DNA from: Candidatus Acidiferrum sp.
GTDB lineage: Bacteria > Verrucomicrobiota > Verrucomicrobiia > Limisphaerales > UBA8199
Assembly (NCBI GenBank): GCA_035566435.1
Contig: DATMRF010000117.1
Span: forward strand, 127,052-191,051
Length of the DNA: 64,000 bases
Direction of reading: 5' to 3'
Both the position numbers and the translations under genes were made by a program. Of the stretch, positions 1-6,459 are shown in pieces; within the stretch, counting starts at the first letter, position 1; each line of letters opens with the position of its first letter. The notes beneath the pieces are model-generated. The model was not told the origin of the DNA. It searched no databases and saw only the letters and a program-made list of their open reading frames with translations.

Positions 1-797
1 CAAGAACTCGTCGAGGGTGAGAAGGCGGAGGGAGGGGTCGGTGCAGGCGTCGAGGATTTCGTAGGAGAAGAAGGCGGCATTTTCGTCGGAGGCGACGCAG
101 CAGTATTCCTGGTGCCAGGTTTCCTGGTCGATGCATTCGGCGCGGGTGCGTTTGAGGTAATCGTCGCGGGAGTCGGTGCGGCCGAGTTTTTTGTTGATGC
201 GCTCGACGATGCCTTCGTCGACGGCTTTTTGGATGGGGACCTGGTGGAGGCTCCAGCCCATGGGGTTGGCGCCCAGAGCGTCGCGGATGAGCTGGTAGAA
301 GAGGGTGGCGGTGCCGCGGTGGGTGGAGATGATGGAGAGCTGGCCGCCCCAAGTGGTGACGGGTTTGGCGACGCGGAAGAGGAGGCGCTGGTCCTGGTGG
401 AGGGCGAACTCGTCGAGTGTGACGTGGCCGCGTTTGCCGGCGAGGGCATTCGGGTTGGAGGAAAGGGAATAGATGCGGCGGCCATTGGCGAACTCGAGGA
501 CGTAGGCGGAGGAGTTGGGAGAGCTATCGAGGATGAGTTCGCCTTTGTCGGCAAAGCCGACTTTCATCAGGTTGGCCCAATTGCGGCAGTCGTCGAGCTG
601 GAGGGCGGCCTGCTGCTGGTCGCGGGAGGAGATGTAAGCATCGAGGCGGGCGTCGGTGGCACTGACGAGGAGGACGAGGCGGAAGCAGTTGCAATAGGAG
701 AAGCCGGTTTGGCGGGCTTTGACGCAGAGCTTCAGGCGGGAGACGTCATTGATCCAATCGATCTGGGATTGGTAGAAGTATTTTTCGAGGTCGGACA
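1..797 (-). CDS. Phage terminase large subunit-like protein (Terminase_6/GpA-like); partial, with the C-terminus beyond the window start
   Basis: Hand translation of the minus strand from the ATG at 797 gives MSDLEKYFYQSQIDWINDVSRLKLCVKARQTGFSYCNC... It runs open to position 1 and is therefore missing from the complete-ORF table. The K-x-RQ-x-G-x-S Walker-A-like motif near the N-terminus is typical of Terminase_6-type large subunits. The plus-strand ORF 112..879 is its antisense shadow. Confidence 0.55.
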
Positions 798-812
798 TGG
801 TCGGGGCTCCAG

Positions 813-970
813 GGTTATCAAGTTATCAGGTTATCAGGTTGTCAGGTGTCAGGTTATCAGGTTGTCAGGTGTCAGATGACGGGTGGCGGGTGTGGGGCGA
901 AAATTTTGCTCAGTTGTTTAGGTGCCGTTAAGTGCCGTTAAGTGCCGTTAGCTGCCGTTAGGTGCCGGTG
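813..970. repeat. Two tandem-repeat arrays in the spacer between the terminase genes: an 8-bp unit (T[A/G]TCAGGT) x ~8 at 813-875, and a 10-bp unit (GTGCCGTTAA/G) x 5 at 920-970
   Basis: Read directly: ggttatcaagttatcaggttatcaggttgtcaggtgtcaggttatcaggttgtcaggtgtcag, and gtgccgttaagtgccgttaagtgccgttagctgccgttaggtgccgg. Confidence 0.8.
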
Positions 971-978
971 AGTGGAAC

Positions 979-1617
979 TCACATGAGGTTAAGCTTTTCC
1001 GTCATTTCTTTAATCGATTCGGGGGTGATGCCCCTTTTTGCCTGGGGCGGAGGCTGGGAGTTCAAGTTGAGCTGGAGTTGGGCCTGGTCGGCGAGGTGGC
1101 GTTCGCACTTTAGGCCGCCGGTGGTGAGTCGGGCCAGGGAGTTGAGCATGCGCAAGAGGTTGAGGGGGTTGGCTTTGATGGCTTCGCGGAGGCTGTCTGC
1201 ACCGAGTTCCGCGACGGCTTCGCAGATGAGGGCAGCGGCAAGCTTGTGGGCGGCCTGAAAGGCCTGGATGCCCTGGTCTTCGCGGGCGAGGTCGAGGGTG
1301 AGCTGGTAGCGGAGCCTGGACTCGTCGAGCAGGCGCTGCTCGCGTAGATGGTCCTGATAACCACCTTTTTTCCACCGGCGGATGGAGTCGGCGGTCAGAT
1401 GCCGGCCCTGTTCGCCGAGCTGCTGGGGGATTTCGTCGAAGGGAAAGCCGTCGTCGAGCAATTGGTCAATGCGAGCACGGACTTCCTTGGGAAGCCGGGC
1501 GACTTTGCCGCGGCGTTGCCTGGAGCGTTTGATGATTGGAATTGGATTCTCGGCTGATTGAGCGGCAGGCGGCTCGGGCGAGGCGATTGAGGAGGCGGTT
1601 AAGGCGGGTTGAGACAT
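979..1617 (-). CDS. Mu gp27-like (DUF3486-type) protein, putative terminase small subunit
   Basis: 212-aa ORF with protein-like composition. The N-terminal RGKVARLPKEVRARIDQLLDDGFPFDEIPQQLGEQGRHLTADSIRRWKK matches the remembered DUF3486 / Mu gp27 pattern (LPxEvR..id.ll..G.t.deI....sRsal.R). It sits directly upstream of the terminase large subunit, in the same order as Mu gp27 and gp28. Confidence 0.45.
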   Translation of the reverse strand: MSQPALTASSIASPEPPAAQSAENPIPIIKRSRQRRGKVARLPKEVRARIDQLLDDGFPFDEIPQQLGEQGRHLTADSIRRWKKGGYQDHLREQRLLDESRLRYQLTLDLAREDQGIQAFQAAHKLAAALICEAVAELGADSLREAIKANPLNLLRMLNSLARLTTGGLKCERHLADQAQLQLNLNSQPPPQAKRGITPESIKEMTEKLNLM

Positions 1618-1679
1618 GGCTAACCTTTCGTTCTTGGCGGGAAAGGTACACGGGCGAGGGATTTATTAGTGGACGGACG

Positions 1680-1705
1680 GGGACGTGGCCGTCCCCGCCC
1701 CTGAC
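1680..1705. repeat. REP-like palindromic element GGGGACGTGGCCGTCCCCGCCCC, copy 1 of 3
   Basis: The same ~25-30 bp GC-rich palindrome-containing sequence recurs at 9844-9866 and, reverse-complemented, at 51279-51301. All three copies are intergenic. Confidence 0.7.
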
Positions 1706-1963
1706 CGGAACCAGGGCCGTCCAAATGCAGAACTTTGCAACTTTTCGAAGACCGGTGTTTCATGTGGCACCTTTCTTTGCGATGCAGAAGGAGCATATTC
1801 AGTACCAGTTTGTGTGAAGTGATATTGGCGGTGAGCGATGAGAACTAATGGAAATTGGCGTGGGGTGGACAAGAAATGGTGAGGCGTTGAAAGTCCAAGG
1901 TCAGAAGTTTCAAGTCTCAAGTCCCGAGTTCCATGGGGAGGGGATGGAGCGCGGCCAACAGCC

Positions 1964-2003
1964 ATCAGTAATCAGTAACCAGTAATCAGTGATCAGTAAT
2001 CAG
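1964..2003. repeat. Heptamer microsatellite (CAGTAAT/C) x 5
   Basis: cagtaatcagtaaccagtaatcagtgatcagtaatcag, in the intergenic region upstream of the terminase small-subunit gene. Confidence 0.8.
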
Positions 2004-2219
2004 GGTCCCGGCGTGAGGGTGGAATTGAGAATTGGGAATTGCCGAATGGGCGCGGGAGGGGATTAGCCGAGCGGCACTGGCCAATCGCCAGTGGCCGCAG
2101 AGATGGGAATCTGGGCTGGCGGGGACGCTGGCGGCGGCGGGAGGAAGTGGAGGGAGGATTGAGGCTCGCGGGGACGCTCGCCCTCCCGGGGGCTTAGCTG
2201 GAACGATTCCGTTGAAAAT

Positions 2220-2368
2220 GGGGAGCGCGCCCGCCCCGGGCGTAGTGGTTGGCGTCTCACCAACCACATGCTGGAGTAAATCCGAGCCACAGCTTTAGTG
2301 AGTTCGCGATCCAGGCAGTCAACCGGCGAGGGAGCCGGTTGAAGGCGCCCGGGGCGGGCGCGCTCCCC
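2220..2368. repeat. 149-bp element bounded by a perfect 23-bp inverted repeat (GGGGAGCGCGCCCGCCCCGGGCG ... CGCCCGGGGCGGGCGCGCTCCCC) with two internal palindromes; MITE-like or terminator-like
   Basis: The arm at 2220-2242 is exactly the reverse complement of 2346-2368. The spacer contains GTGGTTGG-N7-CCAACCAC and CAACCGGC-N6-GCCGGTTG. It lies 24 bp downstream of the PilX-like gene stop (2392, minus strand). Confidence 0.7.
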
Positions 2369-2391
2369 ATTCCCAACTGCATAGATACGGC

Positions 2392-3606
2392 TTAGAGCTC
2401 GGTCCAGGAGGTGGCGGAATAGCCGCGGCTGGGGCCGAGTCTGAGCAGGGCCTCATCGAAATGAAAGTCGTAATGGCCGTTCATCGTTATCGTTTTGGTG
2501 ATACTCGAGCCGATGAGGCCAATGTTGGCGCCGCCACCATTCAGGGTGAGGTCCGCCTCGGGCGCGTAGATGCATCCCACAAAGCTCGAGGTTCCAGCGT
2601 AGGTGATGCTCGTCACGCCGGGCAGCCCAAAATAAAAGAAATTCTGCGCTTTTCCGCTCTGCACGGTCGTGTTGCCCGACATCGAGCAAGTTCCCTGGAC
2701 CTGGTATACCGTCAAGGTGCCTGCAAGATTGGTGGCTGAGGCGATAAAGATGTTCGCTGGGTTGAAGCTTAGCGCATCGACTCTCAACCTGACGGTGACT
2801 CCGGGCGCAACATAAACACTGCCTGAGTCGGGGATTTTATAGTCGCCGCCGACCAGGAAAGCGTATTTGTAGGTGACGCCGCCGATGTTCAAATTGTTGG
2901 CTAATGCCGGAAGGAAGGTTGTCGAGGGCAGAACCACATCGGGATAAGTCACGTTAAAATCATTAAAAATGGTGCCGGAGACCTGACCAGCGCCGTTGTT
3001 GTACTGAGCGGTCGGTCCCAAATAAAGATTGCCCGCGATCGTGTGATTGCCAAGATCCACCGGCCCGGTTACGCTGGCAACACTCCCGTTCGTGCTGGTT
3101 TTGGATTGGTCGTACTGGCCATTGGTACTAAGGTTGGTTTTGCCGGAATCGAAGCTGTTGGCGGCCAAGCCACTGCCGTTCATCGCGATGGAGGAGACTG
3201 ACCCGAAGGCAACATTGAACAACGGCAGGATCCTAGTGGTGACGCGCACAACGCGTGACAACGAGCCTGGCATGGAAGGGACAGCGACGTAGCCGGTGCA
3301 GTAAAGGATCGGGAAAAGATTAGTCGTGTAGAGGACGCTATACGAGCCGCCGATTAGGCTCCGGGTCTTCGGCCCATAAACTCCGCCTGACGGTTGTCCC
3401 CAGCCATTGGCGGTGAGGTCCACGACGGCCGCTTGAGGCGCCGCTGGATTCAACTGGGCCAGGGCCTCTTCGATGCCGGCCTCGGCCATTCCGATCGTGC
3501 CATTCCAGGCTTGTGATCGGGAAACGAGCGCTCTTTGGCCGCTGACCAGGTTGAGGTAAGCGAACAGGAAGATCCCCAACATAACGGCGATAAACAGTGT
3601 AACCAT
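2392..3606 (-). CDS. PilX-like type IV pilus assembly / minor pilin-associated protein (PilX_N-type N-terminus)
   Basis: Table ORF 2392..3951, trimmed to the internal Met at 3606 (MVTLFIAVMLGIFLFAYLNLVSGQRALV...AEAGIEEALAQLN). This gives a hydrophobic PilX_N-like N-terminus. The longer N-terminal extension would read through the intergenic hairpin repeat at 3687-3780. The C-terminal ~150 aa are homologous to the C-terminus of the 10510..11649 protein. Confidence 0.6.
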   Translation of the reverse strand: MVTLFIAVMLGIFLFAYLNLVSGQRALVSRSQAWNGTIGMAEAGIEEALAQLNPAAPQAAVVDLTANGWGQPSGGVYGPKTRSLIGGSYSVLYTTNLFPILYCTGYVAVPSMPGSLSRVVRVTTRILPLFNVAFGSVSSIAMNGSGLAANSFDSGKTNLSTNGQYDQSKTSTNGSVASVTGPVDLGNHTIAGNLYLGPTAQYNNGAGQVSGTIFNDFNVTYPDVVLPSTTFLPALANNLNIGGVTYKYAFLVGGDYKIPDSGSVYVAPGVTVRLRVDALSFNPANIFIASATNLAGTLTVYQVQGTCSMSGNTTVQSGKAQNFFYFGLPGVTSITYAGTSSFVGCIYAPEADLTLNGGGANIGLIGSSITKTITMNGHYDFHFDEALLRLGPSRGYSATSWTEL

Positions 3607-3630
3607 CAGGACGCTGCCGCGTTGGCTCAA

Positions 3631-3665
3631 GGTTGCAGGGTTCAAGTTGCAGGTTGCCGGTTGGG
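3631..3665. repeat. GTTGCAGGTTG-type short tandem repeats in the PilX 5' region; the same family in reverse orientation sits at 42141-42177
   Basis: ggttgcagggttcaagttgcaggttgccggttgg here, versus caacctgcaacctgcaactttcaacctgcaac at 42141-42177. Confidence 0.6.
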
Positions 3666-3686
3666 GGCTCAGAGCGTGTTCTAATT

Positions 3687-3780
3687 TCGTAGGAGACGAC
3701 GTCAGGAGTCTCAAACTTCCAATACCAGATGCGAGCTGGCGCGCGATCAGGGACTCCTTACGTCGTCCCCTACAGAGCAG
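3687..3780. repeat. Inverted pair of the dispersed GTAGGAGACGACG..AGGAGTCTC element (hairpin-forming); single copies at 17533-17562 and 21668-21698
   Basis: 3687-3713 gtaggagacgacgtcaggagtctcaaa, and 3756-3780 ggactccttacgtcgtcccctacag, which is its reverse complement. Related copies: gtaggcgacgacacaaggagtctcaagttctc (17533-17562) and gtaggagacgacgtaaggagtctctgatcag (21668-21698). Confidence 0.7.
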
Positions 3781-3829
3781 GCGGATTGCCAAAGAGGCTC
3801 TGAGAGTGCGGGCGGTTTTCATAATGGAT

Positions 3830-4501
3830 TTATTGTTTGTTGCGCAGGACCACCATCGCGGACTGGACGCTTTCAGTATTGACTTTCTGGGCCAGGATGG
3901 TGCGCGAGCATTTCCAGGAGAAGCTGATGAGCTTGCAGAGGCTCGGGTCAAGGGTGCCGGTGGTGTTGGTGGCCGGGTAGAACGAGATATTGGTCGGAGT
4001 CACCACAGGGGTGCGTTGGTAAAGGCTGAAAGCCCAGCGGTCGCACTCAGTCAAGACCGTGATGGGGGATTGGCCGGTTTTGGTCATGACCAGGGTGGCA
4101 TTTGTGGGATTGTACGTCAGAGTGACGCCGATGGCAGTCTGGGGGTTGGTGAAGGACAGGGAGGTATTGGTTTGAAAGGCGGTCAAAGCCTGGGCCTGAC
4201 GGACTTCGCGGCTGATGATGTCCAGGCCATATCGGCTCTTGGAATCGAGGTCGGAATAATTGACGATCGCTACTTCGCTCCGCGCGGCATAGAGCGACAT
4301 GGAAGCAACCGCAGCGAGGACCAGCGAGCCCAGACCCATCGCCACCATTAACTCCATCAAGGTAAACGCCAAGTTGGGCAGGCGGCCTGGCGAAGCCGGG
4401 CGGTAGAGCGTGGCGGCTGGCGGGGGCGGGTTGGTCTCGAATTCGCGGCAGGGACGCCGGCGCTCCCGGTGGAATTGTGCAATGTTGTCCGAGGTCTTCA
4501 T
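3830..4501 (-). CDS. Prepilin-type N-terminal cleavage/methylation domain protein (minor pseudopilin)
   Basis: Table ORF 3830..4516. It contains ...RLPNLA|FTLMELMVAMGLGSLVLAAV, the class III signal with the E+5 hallmark. The start is taken as the ATG at 4501, which overlaps the upstream gene's stop in an ATGA arrangement. The leader is unusually long, so the true start is uncertain. Confidence 0.6.
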   Translation of the reverse strand: MKTSDNIAQFHRERRRPCREFETNPPPPAATLYRPASPGRLPNLAFTLMELMVAMGLGSLVLAAVASMSLYAARSEVAIVNYSDLDSKSRYGLDIISREVRQAQALTAFQTNTSLSFTNPQTAIGVTLTYNPTNATLVMTKTGQSPITVLTECDRWAFSLYQRTPVVTPTNISFYPATNTTGTLDPSLCKLISFSWKCSRTILAQKVNTESVQSAMVVLRNKQ

Positions 4502-5022
4502 GGCTGCGCCCCCCAAATATAGTTTTGCAGACCGTAGCGGGCCACCTGGGTTTGCATTTGGCGGCTGTGAGCGACGGGCGAGCCCGAGCCATAACTATTG
4601 GTCCACAAAAGGGTGACGGTGACGAGGCACATGTTGGAATTGTACGAGCAGGTCGAGGGAACATTGGTCGCAGCGCCCACCGACACGGTACCGCCGTACA
4701 CCACGCCGGCAGTGCCATTGGTAGCGCTGAACGGATCGTACTGTTCCTGGAAGGTTACATTGGTCAGTTGATCCCAGCGGCAGAGGCGAGTGGCCTCGGC
4801 TTTCTGCATGAGAATCTGAGTGGCCCGGAGGTCCTCGCGCGAGGTCTGCACAACGGCAAAGCCAGAGGAAAGCGCGGCAAAGAAGGCGCCGGCGATAACC
4901 GCCAGGATGACGACGGCAAAAAGAACCTCCGCCAGGGTGTAGGCGAGAGTCTCTCGACCAGTTTGTCTCTGTGCTGGGCCTTTCCGGTTCATAGCCGCCG
5001 GGCGGGTCCGAACCCGCCGCAT
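4498..5022 (-). CDS. Prepilin-type N-terminal domain protein (pseudopilin, GspH/FimT-like size)
   Basis: Table ORF. N-terminus ...RETLA|YTLAEVLFAVVILAVIAGAFFAAL. It is the first gene of the minus-strand module; the start may be the internal Met at 4992. Confidence 0.6.
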   Translation of the reverse strand: MRRVRTRPAAMNRKGPAQRQTGRETLAYTLAEVLFAVVILAVIAGAFFAALSSGFAVVQTSREDLRATQILMQKAEATRLCRWDQLTNVTFQEQYDPFSATNGTAGVVYGGTVSVGAATNVPSTCSYNSNMCLVTVTLLWTNSYGSGSPVAHSRQMQTQVARYGLQNYIWGAQP

Positions 5023-5386
5023 CTTCCAAGAGCAAGATCGCTACCAGTTTTCATATGAATGAGAAGTAGCCAGTTTTAAGCCAAATCCAAGGCTGGCGCT
5101 AAATCCACGGCCGAGTCATTACGGGTGGATCACTCGTACTTATACGGAGGGTGTGTCCAGTTCCGGATCAGGAAGCCAACAAAGAACCGCGATTCACGCA
5201 TGGTTGGCTGCCTGCGGTTGCATTCAAGTTGCGACAAACGGTATCGATTCAAACAGCCTTTCTGCGAACGAGTTCATATCGCTTTACCGTGAGGTTTTGG
5301 CGCGGGAGTTGCTCCGCATTGTATGAGAACAAGACATGGTAGTGAGTAAGCTTGGTTTGCACACGCGCAAGCCGGAGCCGTTAGGC
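5023..5386. promoter_or_regulatory. Shared divergent promoter region between the two mirror-image pseudopilin modules
   Basis: A 364-bp, locally AT-richer gap separating the divergently oriented first genes (4498..5022 minus and 5387..5854 plus). GGAG lies 11 bp upstream of the ATG at 5387. Confidence 0.5.
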
Positions 5387-5854
5387 ATGAACATGAAACC
5401 GGCAAGAGACAGCGCAGGAAAGCCAAGAGGTCGTCCTGCGGCAGGAATGACGCTGACCGAGGTGGTCGTGGCTCTTGCTATCTCCGGGTTGACGGTGGCC
5501 GCCATCGTCAGCGGCTATGTGTTCAGCACGGGTTTCGCGGAGGAGTCAGCGCTGTCCCTGGCGGCCAGCGCGAAGGCCATGGAGCGCATCGAAGAGGCCC
5601 GCAGCGCGACGTGGGACACGTCGAGCTGGCCGCCGGTGGACCAGCTCGTGGCGACAAACTTTCCGGATAAAACCGTCACGTTGGACCTATCGGGGTCGGG
5701 CACGGGGGCGACCTACGCCACGAATATTACCCAGATCTCGCAAATCTCCACCAATCCGCCGCTCAAGCGGATTCGCGTCGATTGCGTATGGTGTTTCCGG
5801 GGCTCTCGGTTGCTGACCAACACTATTGAGACCTGCCGCGCGCCTGACCAATGA
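5387..5854 (+). CDS. Prepilin-type N-terminal domain protein (pseudopilin)
   Basis: Table ORF 5336..5854, trimmed to the Met at 5387: MNMKPARDSAGKPRGRPAAG|MTLTEVVVALAISGLTVAAIVSGY. This is a canonical G|MTLTE prepilin leader. Confidence 0.65.
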   Translation: MNMKPARDSAGKPRGRPAAGMTLTEVVVALAISGLTVAAIVSGYVFSTGFAEESALSLAASAKAMERIEEARSATWDTSSWPPVDQLVATNFPDKTVTLDLSGSGTGATYATNITQISQISTNPPLKRIRVDCVWCFRGSRLLTNTIETCRAPDQ

Positions 5855-6459
5855 AGCTGCAAGCCACTTTTCCAAGTCGGGGTTTGAGCGTGCCGGCAAA
5901 CTCTCAATCCGCGTTTACCCTGCCGGAAATGCTCATCTCCGCGACGCTTTTCCTGATGCTGGTCTCCGGGGTGGTTGGCGCCCATCTGTTTGGATTGAGG
6001 ATGTCTCAACTCACTCAAACGAAGCTCAATACCAGCGACGCCGCGCGCAAAACGGCCGGGCGAATGGCGGATGAAATCCGGAACTGCAGAATCACCCGCG
6101 TCGGTTCCGTTTCGAACGGTGTGTTTGTGGCGCTGCTCGATGGGGAAACGCAGACCGGCAGCGCGCTGCTGATCAATCCGACGACCAATACCGCCAACTT
6201 CATCCTGTATTTTCTAAACAGCTCCGACCAGAGCTTCCGTCGAACCACCAGCGCGGCAGGGAGCACTACCGTGCTGGCCCAGGGGGTCACTAACAGCGTG
6301 GTCTTTCGCGCCCAGGATTGCCTGGGCAACATCCTGACCAACAACCAGAACAACCGCGTCATCCACCTGGACCTCGAGTTCTTCCAGGCACAGTCCCAGC
6401 TCCCCACGCCTGATTATTACAAACTCGAAACCTCAGTGACGAAACGGAGCCTGGAATGA
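5851..6459 (+). CDS. Prepilin-type N-terminal domain protein (pseudopilin)
   Basis: Table ORF. ...SQSA|FTLPEMLISATLFLMLVSGVV. There is a 4-bp ATGA overlap with the upstream gene. Confidence 0.65.
   Translation: MKLQATFPSRGLSVPANSQSAFTLPEMLISATLFLMLVSGVVGAHLFGLRMSQLTQTKLNTSDAARKTAGRMADEIRNCRITRVGSVSNGVFVALLDGETQTGSALLINPTTNTANFILYFLNSSDQSFRRTTSAAGSTTVLAQGVTNSVVFRAQDCLGNILTNNQNNRVIHLDLEFFQAQSQLPTPDYYKLETSVTKRSLE

Noticed and set aside
112-879. 255-aa plus-strand ORF (Ala/Gly/Val/Glu/Asp-rich)
   Set aside because: Antisense shadow of the minus-strand terminase gene. The composition is typical of reverse-frame high-GC translation and the minus frame gives a motif-bearing protein. The same reasoning rejects 6417..7832-, 14050..15645-, 18148..18831-, 31230..32123-, 46952..47542-, 56394..57368-, 59786..61123- and similar long ORFs lying opposite well-supported genes.
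3607-3951. N-terminal 115-aa extension of the PilX-like ORF (MTRASASSS...)
   Set aside because: Arg/Ser/Ala-rich junk that runs through the intergenic hairpin repeat at 3687-3780. The internal Met at 3606 gives the expected hydrophobic PilX_N start.
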